From a virus (lineage: Duplodnaviria > Heunggongvirae > Uroviricota > Caudoviricetes): a stretch of DNA of 55,162 bases. The notes beneath the pieces are model-generated. The model saw only the letters and a program-made list of their open reading frames with translations, ran no database searches and was not told the DNA's origin. This document shows positions 1-9,219 of this stretch, piece after piece. Made by a program: the position numbers and the translations under genes. Numbering within the stretch: the stretch's first letter is position 1; each line of letters opens with the position of its first letter. The stretch is from IMG/VR virus record IMGVR_UViG_3300029718_000386, one strand, 5' to 3'.

Positions 1-1734
1 TCATGCGTCGGTCACCTCCTCGCTGAATTGAGAATGGTAGATTTCACAATATGCCGGGCAATTCGCCAAAAGCGCCTTGTGGGTCCCGTCACCTACCAGA
101 CGCCCATCCTCCAACACCAAAATCCGATCGGCACACATCACGGAGCTGGCCCGCTGGGAGACGATAAACAGTGTAGGCTTATAAGGCAGCGCCAAAATGG
201 CCTTTCGCATGGCGGCCTCTGTTGCATAATCCAGTGCAGAGGACGAGTCGTCCAGCACCAGAATTTGCGGTTTGCGAACCAACGCACGCGCCACAGACAG
301 CCGCTGCTTTTGCCCGCCGGAGAAGTTGGCACCGTTTTGCTCCACAGGCGCGTCCAGACCGCCTTTATCCGCCACAATGTCCAGCACCTGCGCCGTGCTT
401 AGAGCCGTGCGCAAATCATCATCAGAAGCGCTGTCGTCGCCCCACAACAAATTGCTGCGTACCGTGCCTTGGAACAGCACTGCCTTTTGCTGCACATAGC
501 CGATCCGGTGGCGCAGATCCTCGTCATCATAAGCGCAAACATTCTTGCCAAAGACAGACACCCGCCCGTCCTTAACATCATAAAAATGCGGGATCAGGGA
601 CACCAGGCTGCTTTTGCCGCTACCGGTGCCGCCGATAATACCCACAACGCTACCCCGAGGCACGGCAAAGGAAATGTGCTCCAAGGACGGCTCACCGGCG
701 TTCTTGTACTGCAAAGTCACATCGTCAAAGGCGACAGCCACGTCGCTGTCCTCTGCCCGGTCGTCCCGGGCATGCTTTAAGGTAGGCTCCAGCTGTAACA
801 CACCTTGAATACGAGAGGCACAGGCCAGCGCCTTGGTAATGGTAATGATCATATTCGCCAGCTTCACCAGTTCCACCAAAATCTGGCTCATATAGTTATA
901 AAGCGCCACCACTTGACCCTGCGTCAGGTCACCCAAGCTCACCCGCATAGCGCCGGTGTGAATCAGCACCACAATCCCAATGTTAATCAGGATATAAGTC
1001 AGCGGGTTTAACAGCGCGGAAAGGCGCCCCACGCTGCGTTGCAAATGAGAAAGCATCTCATTGCGCTTATTAAATCCGGCCTGTTCCGCGTCTTCCGCCG
1101 CAAAGGCGCGGATCACACGGGCACCGGCATAGTTCTCTCTAGTTGTCAGGGTCACGCCGTCCAGCTGGCGCTGCACATTTTTATACCCGGGCATGGTCAG
1201 TCCCATAATGCCAAATACCACCAAAGACAGCGCGGCAATCACCACAACGAAGATCAACGCGCAGCGCACATCAATGGTAAACGCCATCACCGTAGCACCC
1301 AGTACAATAAAGGGCGAACGCAAAAACAGACGCAGCGCCAGGTTCACGCCGTTTTGCGTTTGGGTCACATCGTTGGTCATTCGGGTGATCAACGAGGAGC
1401 GACCTAAGGTATCCAACTCCGAAAAGCTTAAACTTTGGATCTTCCCAAACAGGCTGCTGCGCAGCTCCTTGCCAAAGCCGGTAGCCGCCCGCGCAGCAAA
1501 AAACTGGGCAGTGATCGCCATCACCATACCCACCACGGCAAAGCCCACCAACAAGGCGCAGTTTTGGTAGATCACGGTCTTGTTGACCGGCCGAATACCG
1601 CTATCAATGATCCGCGCCACCACCAGCGGCACGATCAGTTCAAAAGTCGCTTCCAGCAGCTTAAACAGCGGCGCAAAGAAAGACTCTTTCTTGTAATGCT
1701 TCAAATAGATCAGCAAGTCTTTCAGTGTTCTCAC
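1..1734 (-). CDS. ABC exporter, fused permease/ATP-binding subunit (multidrug MdlA-like; partner subunit lies off the left edge)
   Basis: N-terminal TM helices, Walker A GGTGSGKS, signature FSGGQKQR, Walker B ILVLDD; GTG start after GGGAGG. Confidence 0.93.
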   Translation of the reverse strand: MRTLKDLLIYLKHYKKESFFAPLFKLLEATFELIVPLVVARIIDSGIRPVNKTVIYQNCALLVGFAVVGMVMAITAQFFAARAATGFGKELRSSLFGKIQSLSFSELDTLGRSSLITRMTNDVTQTQNGVNLALRLFLRSPFIVLGATVMAFTIDVRCALIFVVVIAALSLVVFGIMGLTMPGYKNVQRQLDGVTLTTRENYAGARVIRAFAAEDAEQAGFNKRNEMLSHLQRSVGRLSALLNPLTYILINIGIVVLIHTGAMRVSLGDLTQGQVVALYNYMSQILVELVKLANMIITITKALACASRIQGVLQLEPTLKHARDDRAEDSDVAVAFDDVTLQYKNAGEPSLEHISFAVPRGSVVGIIGGTGSGKSSLVSLIPHFYDVKDGRVSVFGKNVCAYDDEDLRHRIGYVQQKAVLFQGTVRSNLLWGDDSASDDDLRTALSTAQVLDIVADKGGLDAPVEQNGANFSGGQKQRLSVARALVRKPQILVLDDSSSALDYATEAAMRKAILALPYKPTLFIVSQRASSVMCADRILVLEDGRLVGDGTHKALLANCPAYCEIYHSQFSEEVTDA

Positions 1735-1796
1735 CCTCCCGTCTGCCCACTCGGGCAGCGCATATCTTTTACAAGTTGGTACTTATTTTGGTACTT

Positions 1797-1859
1797 ATTA
1801 TAGATATTATTTGCCTTTCTGTCAATAAAACTTGACAAACGCGTTCAAGGTGCTATGAT
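1797..1859. promoter_or_regulatory. Divergent sigma70-type promoters for the ABC exporter (-) and the oxidoreductase (+)
   Basis: Minus strand TTGACA-17-TATAAT (1825..1797); plus strand TTGACA-16-TATGAT (1832..1859) with palindromic AACGCGTT in the spacer. Confidence 0.7.
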
Positions 1860-1883
1860 TATAAAAAATGTGAGGTGATCTTA

Positions 1884-3197
1884 ATGGAAAACAAGCCGGT
1901 AACGGCCATTATTGTAGGCGCCGGGCACCGCTCCATGGTGTACAGCAAACTGGCTCTGACCAACCCGGAGCTTCTGAAGATTGTCGGCGTGGCAGATCCG
2001 GACCCCATTCGGCGCAAAAAGTGCCGCGAGCTTTACGGATTCGGCGAGGATATGTGCTTTGAAAATGCAAACGCGCTGGCTGCCAAGGGCAAACTGGCAG
2101 ACACCGTCATTAACGGCACCATGGACGAGGTACATATAGAGACCTCTGTGCCCCTGCTGAACGCCGGGTATGATATGCTACTGGAAAAGCCGTTTGCCGT
2201 GAACGAAGAAGAAATGCGCACCCTGGTGGACTGCGCGCGGCAGAACCACAGCAAAGTGATGATCTGCCATGTACTGCGGTACACACCGTTCTACTATGGC
2301 ATTAAAGAGCGCATTGCCGCCGGTGAAATCGGTGATATTATCAATATTCAAACCCTGGAACATGTGTCTTACCACCATCTAAGCACCTCTTATGTGCGGG
2401 GCAAGTGGGCCAATAGCCAGAAGTGCCACACCAGTATGCTGCTGGCCAAGTGCTGCCACGATCTGGATATTATGATGTGGATGATGGCCGAGACCAAGCC
2501 CACCGCAGTTAGCTCCTTTGGCGGCAAATTCCAGTTTAAGCCGGAGAACGCTCCGGCAGACGCCGGCACGCGGTGTATGGTGGACTGCCCGCTGGTAGAT
2601 ACCTGCCGCTACTCTTGCAAACGGCTGTACATTGACCACCCGGACCGCTGGTCCTTCTATGTGTGGGACAAGCTGGAGGGCATTGAGAACCCCACCATTG
2701 AAGACAAGATTCATCTGCTCAAGGGTGACTCCCCTTACGGTCGCTGCATTTACAAGTGTGACAACGATGTAGTGGACCACCAGAGCGTGATGGTACAGTT
2801 CGCCAGCGGCGCAACCGGCACCCACAATATGGTTGGCGGTTCCTCCGCCCCCCTGCGCCGTATTCACATCATCGGCACCAAGGGCGAGATCTACGGCAAC
2901 TTTGAGGAGTCCAAGTTCTATGTATCCAAAATCGACCCCTCCCCGGACGCCCACAACGGCGAGTGCCAAATTGAGGAAGTGGATCTGAATGTGAAGGGCG
3001 ATATGGTTGGTGCTTACGGCGGCCACGGCGGCGGCGACGAGCGACTGGCGGCGGACTTTGTGCAGTTCGTCCGCGGCGAAAAGCCCAGTCTGGCATGCAC
3101 CTCTATTTTCGACTCTGTTGCCGGTCACCTGTGTGTGTATCTGGCAGACGAAAGTCGCACCCACGGCGGCCAGCCGGTAGCGGTACACCTGGACTAA
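1884..3197 (+). CDS. Gfo/Idh/MocA family oxidoreductase
   Basis: Rossmann IIVGAGHR, EKP motif, CCHDLD catalytic motif; ATG at 1884 follows GAGGTG RBS. Confidence 0.9.
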   Translation: MENKPVTAIIVGAGHRSMVYSKLALTNPELLKIVGVADPDPIRRKKCRELYGFGEDMCFENANALAAKGKLADTVINGTMDEVHIETSVPLLNAGYDMLLEKPFAVNEEEMRTLVDCARQNHSKVMICHVLRYTPFYYGIKERIAAGEIGDIINIQTLEHVSYHHLSTSYVRGKWANSQKCHTSMLLAKCCHDLDIMMWMMAETKPTAVSSFGGKFQFKPENAPADAGTRCMVDCPLVDTCRYSCKRLYIDHPDRWSFYVWDKLEGIENPTIEDKIHLLKGDSPYGRCIYKCDNDVVDHQSVMVQFASGATGTHNMVGGSSAPLRRIHIIGTKGEIYGNFEESKFYVSKIDPSPDAHNGECQIEEVDLNVKGDMVGAYGGHGGGDERLAADFVQFVRGEKPSLACTSIFDSVAGHLCVYLADESRTHGGQPVAVHLD

Positions 3198-3208
3198 AAC
3201 GAAACACA

Positions 3209-3246
3209 TAAAAAAACCGTCGGTCATAACGACCGGCGGTTATCTT
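3209..3246. terminator. Intrinsic terminator between convergent genes
   Basis: AACCGTCGGTC-ATAAC-GACCGGCGGTT hairpin with A-tract on the left (U-tract on the minus strand). Confidence 0.75.
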
Positions 3247-3260
3247 TATGCGCTGATTTT

Positions 3261-4652
3261 TTAATACTCTACTTTTAAGCCCTCTTCGGCTTCAGCTACC
3301 TTGAGCATAATGGCACACTCAATGCGCTTGCGGTGCAGCTGGCAACCAAAGTCATATACACCGTTCACACTGCCGGTGGTATGGTACGCATTGGCTGCGC
3401 ACCCGCCGCTGCAATACAGCTTTGCAAAGCAGTCCTTGCATTCCTTGTGGCTGTACACATTGCAGTGCGCAAACTGCTCCAGCACCTGGGGTCGGGTCAC
3501 GCCATCATACACATTGCCAAGTAAGAAGTCCGTGTCTCCCACAAACTGATGACAGGGGTACAAATCGCCGGTGGGGGTCACGGCCATATACTCCGTACCC
3601 ACGCCGCAGCCGCTGACTCGCTTGACAATACAAGGGCCGCCGTCCAGGTCGATCATATAGTGATAAAAAGTAAAGCCGTTGCCCTTGCGATAACGGTGTA
3701 GCATTTCCTTGGCCAATATCTCGTATTGCTCCAAAAGCACAGGCAGGTCGCTCTCCTGCAAGGCATAGTCCTCCTTAGGATCGCACACCACCGGCTCAAT
3801 AGACAGCTCCTTAAATCCCAGATCCGCCATGTGCAGCACATCGGCGGCAAAGTCCGTATTGAAGTGGGTATAGGTGCCCCGCATATAGTAGTCCTTTTGC
3901 CCTCTGGAGTCTGCAAAGCGCTTAAATTTATCCAAGATCAGATCATAACTGCCCTTGCCGTTGCGGCCCACTCGCAGCCGGTCATGGGTAACCTTGCGCC
4001 CGTCCAAAGACAGCACCACATTGCCCATCTCCCGGTTGGAAAAGTCGATCACATCATCGTTGATGAGCAAGCCATTGGTGGTAAGGGTAAAGCGAAAGTT
4101 CTTATTATGGAGTTTCTCCTGCTCCCGACCATAGGCCACCAGCCGCTTGCACACATCCCAGTTCAGCAACGGCTCGCCGCCAAAGAAATCCACCTCCAAA
4201 TTCCGGCGGCCGGGACTGTTGGCAATGAGATAATCCAGTGCCTGCTTGCCCACTTCATAGGACATGATCTCACGCTGGCCGTCGTACTCTCCCTTGCCGG
4301 CAAAGCAGTATTTGCACGCCAGGTTGCAATCGTGGGCAACATGCAGGCAAATGGCCTTCAGTACCCCCTGACGGCGTTTGAACTGGTCGGCAACCGCCTC
4401 AAAGGTATCCTCGGCAAACAGCCGTCCGTCGGCAATCAGCGCCTCAATGTCTTCAAAACAAAGATCAATATCAGCATTCGTTACATCCGGCTGATCCTTG
4501 TATTTTTCTAAAATAAAACGGCGGATCTCCTCTTTATCATGATCCTGGTACATAGTGATCATATCGTAGGCCACCGGGTCCACAGAATGGACGCAGCCAC
4601 TGTTTTGATCCAGAATAATGTTGTATCCGTTTAGTTTGTATGCGTGTATCAT
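3261..4652 (-). CDS. scfB: SCIFF/ranthipeptide radical SAM maturase (RRE + rSAM + SPASM)
   Basis: CNLACKYC SAM cluster motif, FFGGEPLLN, SPASM cysteines (GCGVG, YPCHQF, CKDC..CSGGC); adjacent to the SCIFF precursor. Confidence 0.95.
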   Translation of the reverse strand: MIHAYKLNGYNIILDQNSGCVHSVDPVAYDMITMYQDHDKEEIRRFILEKYKDQPDVTNADIDLCFEDIEALIADGRLFAEDTFEAVADQFKRRQGVLKAICLHVAHDCNLACKYCFAGKGEYDGQREIMSYEVGKQALDYLIANSPGRRNLEVDFFGGEPLLNWDVCKRLVAYGREQEKLHNKNFRFTLTTNGLLINDDVIDFSNREMGNVVLSLDGRKVTHDRLRVGRNGKGSYDLILDKFKRFADSRGQKDYYMRGTYTHFNTDFAADVLHMADLGFKELSIEPVVCDPKEDYALQESDLPVLLEQYEILAKEMLHRYRKGNGFTFYHYMIDLDGGPCIVKRVSGCGVGTEYMAVTPTGDLYPCHQFVGDTDFLLGNVYDGVTRPQVLEQFAHCNVYSHKECKDCFAKLYCSGGCAANAYHTTGSVNGVYDFGCQLHRKRIECAIMLKVAEAEEGLKVEY

Positions 4653-4666
4653 AGTCTACTCCAAAC

Positions 4667-4703
4667 AAAAAAGGCGGGACCCGGGCAATCGCCCATCCCG
4701 CCC
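4667..4703 (-). terminator. Hairpin/U-tract between scfA and scfB
   Basis: GGCGGGA...TCCCGCC stem followed on the minus strand by a T run. Confidence 0.6.
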
Positions 4704-4717
4704 TAATTGCAAAATTC

Positions 4718-4864
4718 TTATTTCTTCAGCTGCTCGCACTTCTGGTTGGCAACGGAGCAAGAGGTTTTGCTGGCAGACTGACAAGAAGTCTGGCACTCGC
4801 CGCAGCCGCCCTTTTGAGCGGAAGCACAAAGATTTCTGGAACTTAAAGTTTTAATTCTTTTCAT
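4718..4864 (-). CDS. scfA: SCIFF (six-cysteine) ranthipeptide precursor, 48 aa, not in the ORF track
   Basis: Manual translation MKRIKTLSSRNLCASAQKGGCGECQTSCQSASKTSCSVANQKCEQLKK; GAGGTG RBS; TTGACA-17-TAAAAT promoter at 4924..4896. Confidence 0.95.
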   Translation of the reverse strand: MKRIKTLSSRNLCASAQKGGCGECQTSCQSASKTSCSVANQKCEQLKK

Positions 4865-4909
4865 AAAAAGCACCTCATTTCAATATGTTGGCTCTATTTT
4901 ACAATACTT

Positions 4910-6226
4910 TCAGCCCTTTGTCAATACGCAGCAGCAAATGCGCTCTGCCCCGCCGTCGGCAGTTCCGTGGAGCACCGTGCCGCTGTTTTTCGCTGTCTGA
5001 ATTGCCTGTACAAACGCCGCAGTGATCTCCTCACCGGGCACGATCATCGGCACCCCGGGCGGATAGGCAAACACCGTCTCGCAGGCAATGCGCCCCACTG
5101 CCTGTTGGTATGGTAACGGCTCCCCGGCGGGCACCTGCCAGCTTTGCAGGTGCCGGGGCGGCAAGGGCAGCGGCGTCACCGGCCAGTCGCCCGGCGACAG
5201 GGTACGGTCAATCTCCGTCAGGGCACGGGCCAACAAATGAAATCCGGCGCCGGTGTCCCCCACCGTTGCCATACAGATCACATGGATACGGTCGCTCATC
5301 TCCGGCTCGATCCCACGCGCCCGCAGCCGGTGTGCCAAGGCGTTGCCGTCTATGTTGCAATGCAGGGTGGAAATATTGATCTTTGTTGGATCGTCCGCTC
5401 GGATCAAGCGCAGGTGTTGCAAAGGCAGTTCATATAGCTTTTGCAGTCCCGCTTGCAGCGTCTCAAATGCAGCCGGATCCGCCACCAAATCGGCCATTTT
5501 TGCCACACTGTTCATCAGCACATAGCTGGGCGAGCTGGTCTCGTACATATCCATATACCGCTTGATCTTCGGCGCCAAAGAGGAGTCATATACCTGCACA
5601 CCGGCGGTTTGAGTCAACGCCGGCAGGGTCTTGTGATAAGAGCAGATCACCGCGTCTCCCTCCATACGACCGGGCAGCCAAGGGGCCAGTCCAAGGTGGG
5701 CGCCGTGGGCAGCGTCTACCACCAGCGGCACCGAGCAGTGCAGACGAGAAATATAGCCCTCGTATGTAGGCGAGGTCACCACCACCGCTGCCACCTCCGG
5801 GTGGGCAGCCAATGCCTCATCCAGCGCTGCCTGGGTCACACGGGTATAAAAACCGGTGGTGGGGTCGAATTCAGCCTCTACATAGTGCACCTGCAGCCGG
5901 TTCAAAAAGCAGGCGTTGTACACCGCCTTGTGGCAGTTGCGGGCAATAAGGATTTCGTCCCTCGGCTTGCACAGGGCGGATATGGTCGCCAAAATACAGC
6001 AGGTAGAACCGTTAACAGAGAGAAAAGATGCCCCCGCACCATACAACGCTGCCAAATCCGCTTGCAGCCGGGCCAACACCCCGGTGGGGGCGTGCAGGTC
6101 ATCGTAGCCGTCTATTTCCGTAATATCAATTTCCGCACCCGGCAAACCAAAATCCGGATTGCGCTTGTGTCCGGGCATATGGAACGGATAGCGCTCCAAG
6201 TGCGCCAGCGCTCGATCAAGCCGCAT
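4910..6226 (-). CDS. Orn/Lys/Arg decarboxylase family PLP enzyme (YaaO-like)
   Basis: FHMPGHK, VNGST, RNCHKA, TSPTYEG, DAAHGAH, SYHKTL (PLP lysine), YPPGVP. Confidence 0.9.
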   Translation of the reverse strand: MRLDRALAHLERYPFHMPGHKRNPDFGLPGAEIDITEIDGYDDLHAPTGVLARLQADLAALYGAGASFLSVNGSTCCILATISALCKPRDEILIARNCHKAVYNACFLNRLQVHYVEAEFDPTTGFYTRVTQAALDEALAAHPEVAAVVVTSPTYEGYISRLHCSVPLVVDAAHGAHLGLAPWLPGRMEGDAVICSYHKTLPALTQTAGVQVYDSSLAPKIKRYMDMYETSSPSYVLMNSVAKMADLVADPAAFETLQAGLQKLYELPLQHLRLIRADDPTKINISTLHCNIDGNALAHRLRARGIEPEMSDRIHVICMATVGDTGAGFHLLARALTEIDRTLSPGDWPVTPLPLPPRHLQSWQVPAGEPLPYQQAVGRIACETVFAYPPGVPMIVPGEEITAAFVQAIQTAKNSGTVLHGTADGGAERICCCVLTKG

Positions 6227-6773
6227 AAGCTGTCACCTTTTCTTTTTGATAAATCGCAATGTTCAGCAGCACCACACCGGTGAGCACAGGCATCGCCTCG
6301 ATCAGGCCGGTCTCTTTATAGATCAGCAGCAAAATCAGATCGCCGATCATCAGTGCCGCCCAAAAAACCGTGGCGCACTGCCAAAATCGCCCTTTTTTGA
6401 ATGAAAACAAAAAGCACAGAAAGATCGCCACCCCGCTGAGCATGGAAAAAGCCAGCGATCCAATGCAGTGCAGCAGCCACAGGGTGTGCCGCTCAAAGTC
6501 AAAAGGACAGCACACCGTCAGCGCCATCCCCACACCGGCAGGCAGCACCAGACCGTGGCACAGCCCTCTGCGCTTTTGCTTATTATACATGGTATAGAGC
6601 AAAAGGTAAAGCACTCCATAAGTGCCCGCTCCCCACAGGGCAAACAGCACCGGGTGGTCCAGCCCAATGGTGGAGAGCGCCCCGGCGTTGGTGCGCGGGT
6701 CCGCAAAGTGCATATACCCTAATGTAAAACCACAGTATAACGCGGAAATCAGCGAAATCCAAATTTTTTTCAT
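6216..6773 (-). CDS. Multi-pass membrane protein, unknown function
   Basis: About 6 hydrophobic segments; ATG at 6773 after GAGGT; overlaps the decarboxylase start. Confidence 0.75.
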   Translation of the reverse strand: MKKIWISLISALYCGFTLGYMHFADPRTNAGALSTIGLDHPVLFALWGAGTYGVLYLLLYTMYNKQKRRGLCHGLVLPAGVGMALTVCCPFDFERHTLWLLHCIGSLAFSMLSGVAIFLCFLFSFKKGRFWQCATVFWAALMIGDLILLLIYKETGLIEAMPVLTGVVLLNIAIYQKEKVTAYAA

Positions 6774-6802
6774 AAAAACCTCAAAAAAATCAAAATTTCT
6801 TA

Positions 6803-6831
6803 TTGACATTTTACTCCCCTCGTGGTATTAT
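6803..6831 (+). promoter_or_regulatory. sigma70 promoter for tRNA-Leu
   Basis: TTGACA-17-TATTAT with TG extension. Confidence 0.7.
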
Positions 6832-6923
6832 GTCAATGCTGTTTCGGACAGCACCGCAGATCAAGCCTTTTGGCTCTGCCTCGCCCGCTCTTGGCGTGTA
6901 AAAATTTAGAGCAAATTGAATAT

Positions 6924-7010
6924 GCGGATGTGGCGGAATTGGCAGACGCGCTAGATTCAGGTTCTAGTGAATGCAAGTTCATGTGGGTTCAAGTCCCGTC
7001 ATCCGCACCA
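6924..7010 (+). tRNA. tRNA-Leu (anticodon CAG), 87 nt, long variable arm, encoded CCA
   Basis: GCGGATG/CATCCGC acceptor stem, D-arm TGGCGGAATTGGCAGACGC, CTAGA-TTCAGGT-TCTAG anticodon arm, GGTTCAAGTCC T-arm. Confidence 0.97.
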
Positions 7011-7014
7011 AAAA

Positions 7015-7050
7015 GGTAGCTTTCCGTTTATTTACGGAAAGCTATTCTTT
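7015..7050 (+). terminator. Terminator downstream of the tRNA
   Basis: TAGCTTTCCGT-TTATTT-ACGGAAAGCTA followed by TTCTTTT. Confidence 0.8.
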
Positions 7051-7146
7051 TGCCTAAAAACCCCCTATTTAAGCCATTTTTTGCACTTTTTTGATGTAGC
7101 CACACTTTACGATTTTGCCTTTCAAGGATACACAAAATCACGCCAG

Positions 7147-7168
7147 TTGCACCAAAATTGCACCAAAA
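7147..7168 (+). repeat. Tandem 11-bp direct repeat TTGCACCAAAA x2, possible integrase arm-type sites
   Basis: Perfect adjacent repeat ~140 bp inside the element boundary. Confidence 0.55.
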
Positions 7169-7459
7169 ATTTCGGTATTCCACTCGATTTGGCCCAAAAA
7201 TGGCTAATTTTGAGAAAAATTGCATTTTTTGCCTAATTTTTTGAAATTTTGTCGGATAGACCAAATTCAGACTGGCAATCAGACAAAACATTGTACATTA
7301 TGACGAACACTTTATTTAAATTTAAGGATATTATTTGATTGTCAAAAAATATGTTATAATTACTTATGCCTGTCATTACACGAAGAGTCATTTGTTATCA
7401 AATGGCTCTTTTGTTATTTGATAAGAAAAATTATGTAAAAACAGAAAGGAGTCATAGAA

Positions 7460-8065
7460 ATGGCAAAGCTGTACTATAAGTACGGATCCATGGGTAGTTC
7501 CAAGACCGCAAATGCCTTAATGACCAAATTTAATTACGAGGAAAAAGGCAAACGCGTTCTATTGCTCAAACCAAGTATTGATAATCGTGATGGAGAGGAC
7601 ATCATCAAATCTCGAATTGGCCTTGAAGCGAAGGCAGAATGTATTGATGCAAAAACAGACATCAAGAAATACATTGTAACCAAGCACAGAGACAAAACTA
7701 CAAAGCAATTCGACTTTGATGTCATTATTGTTGATGAATGTCAATTCTTCACGATCCATCAAATTGAAACGCTGCGTAACATTGCCAGCTTTCTGGACAT
7801 TCCGGTGCTTTGTTATGGTTTAAGAACTGATTACAAACACCAGTTGTTCCCCGGAAGCAAAGCACTGTTTGAACTGGCTGACAGCATTCAGGAAATTAAA
7901 ACGGTTTGCAAATGCGGAAACAAAGCCATCATTAACGTCCTAAAAGACGAAAATGGGAATGTTGTCACCGATGCCGGTAACTCAAACATTATCCTTGGCG
8001 GAAATGAAAAGTACGAAGCAATGTGCTATAAGTGTTATTTTAATGCTGTTCACGGCGTTAAATAA
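7460..8065 (+). CDS. tdk: Thymidine kinase
   Basis: YGSMGSSKT P-loop, KPSIDNR, VDECQF, YGLRTD, FPGS, CKCG...YEAMCYKC zinc site. Confidence 0.93.
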   Translation: MAKLYYKYGSMGSSKTANALMTKFNYEEKGKRVLLLKPSIDNRDGEDIIKSRIGLEAKAECIDAKTDIKKYIVTKHRDKTTKQFDFDVIIVDECQFFTIHQIETLRNIASFLDIPVLCYGLRTDYKHQLFPGSKALFELADSIQEIKTVCKCGNKAIINVLKDENGNVVTDAGNSNIILGGNEKYEAMCYKCYFNAVHGVK

Positions 8066-8092
8066 TGAAAATAATTATTAAGGAGAACATAT

Positions 8093-8530
8093 ATGTCAGA
8101 TTATGTACATAACAAGGTGATTAGGTTGCCTATAACAAACGAGATCCTGAAATCATTCGATTGCCAAGACGTTGATGAATTTGTAGATGGATTTCACAAA
8201 TTTGTTAAAAAAATATATCCTGAAATGGAGTATATTGGGCAGGATGCACCCTACTTCGAAATTGGATATACAGATAATTATGACCGAAATTATATAGACT
8301 TGGTTCTCTATTCTTCATATGGCGAAGAGTGTGGAGAATGGCACAATGCTTTTTATCTTTCGGATAAAGAAAAAGAAACTTTTGTATCTTATTTTGAAAA
8401 ACTAGGTATAAAAATAAATCCTGATGATTTAAGAAAAGTTGACTACTGTTGGTACAATTGTTCTGAACCGCATGACTGTTATAATGTTGACGACGATGAC
8501 AATGACGATGATTGGACATTACTGGTTTAA
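8093..8530 (+). CDS. Hypothetical acidic protein, phage-like
   Basis: AAGGAG RBS, 145 aa, Asp-rich C-terminus. Confidence 0.75.
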   Translation: MSDYVHNKVIRLPITNEILKSFDCQDVDEFVDGFHKFVKKIYPEMEYIGQDAPYFEIGYTDNYDRNYIDLVLYSSYGEECGEWHNAFYLSDKEKETFVSYFEKLGIKINPDDLRKVDYCWYNCSEPHDCYNVDDDDNDDDWTLLV

Positions 8531-8591
8531 GAAAGGAAAAAAATATAATCATTATCAGAAATAATAACTTAAGGCAAAAGGAGAATTTTTT

Positions 8592-8954
8592 TTGAAAAAA
8601 GCTTTAAAGAAAACGTGCATAAATTGTATTCATTATAATGTGTGCAATATGTACGATGGTCCTTATATTTCGGTACATCTCGATCACACTTGTAAATATT
8701 TTATAGACAAACAACTTGCAGCTTTCCTGCCTTGTAAAGTTGGAGACGAGCTGTTCTTAACAGATTATCCGGAATATCATCACAGATTAAAAAGGTACGA
8801 ATTTATTAACGAAAGAGTTGTTATGACCATTGAATGCTTTGAACTTCAACGCTGCTGTAAAAGATTTGTTGATGAGTCTTTTGGCACTACTGTATTCACT
8901 GACAAATCACAAATGCAGGCAAAACTCAAGGAGTTAAACAATGAAACAACCTAA
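8592..8954 (+). CDS. Hypothetical phage-like protein
   Basis: CxxCxH...C N-terminus; LPCKVGD...FGTTVFT motif typical of Firmicutes phage proteins; TTG start. Confidence 0.7.
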   Translation: MKKALKKTCINCIHYNVCNMYDGPYISVHLDHTCKYFIDKQLAAFLPCKVGDELFLTDYPEYHHRLKRYEFINERVVMTIECFELQRCCKRFVDESFGTTVFTDKSQMQAKLKELNNETT

Positions 8955-9219
8955 AAATCAGTATTGCCGATATTGTGCAAATGCTCTTGATTATAACGGT
9001 GAGTGTACCGATTTCATTTGTACAGCAAAAGCACCCTGTGGATGTGACGGAGCGGGCAGGTTTTACAAAGCTGCTAAAGCTAAAAGGCCTAACAAATGCA
9101 AATATTTTGAATTTTTGAACGCAGATATATTTAGGCAAGATGAGAACGGAAATTTTGCGGAATATAAGTCAAGGAAAGTAGTTAAAAGTGATTATGAACA
9201 AATGAAAATGGGAGGTTAA
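8941..9219 (+). CDS. Hypothetical Cys-rich protein
   Basis: AAGGAG RBS, QYCRYCAN motif, overlaps the upstream gene. Confidence 0.7.
   Translation: MKQPKNQYCRYCANALDYNGECTDFICTAKAPCGCDGAGRFYKAAKAKRPNKCKYFEFLNADIFRQDENGNFAEYKSRKVVKSDYEQMKMGG

Noticed and set aside
2379..6283. Long antisense ORFs (2379..3227, 3726..4511, 5441..6283)
   Set aside because: Shadows of well-supported GC-rich genes on the opposite strand, with no motifs or RBS
6822..7291. Short ORFs across the tRNA and att region
   Set aside because: They overlap the tRNA and terminator and lack an RBS or protein-like composition
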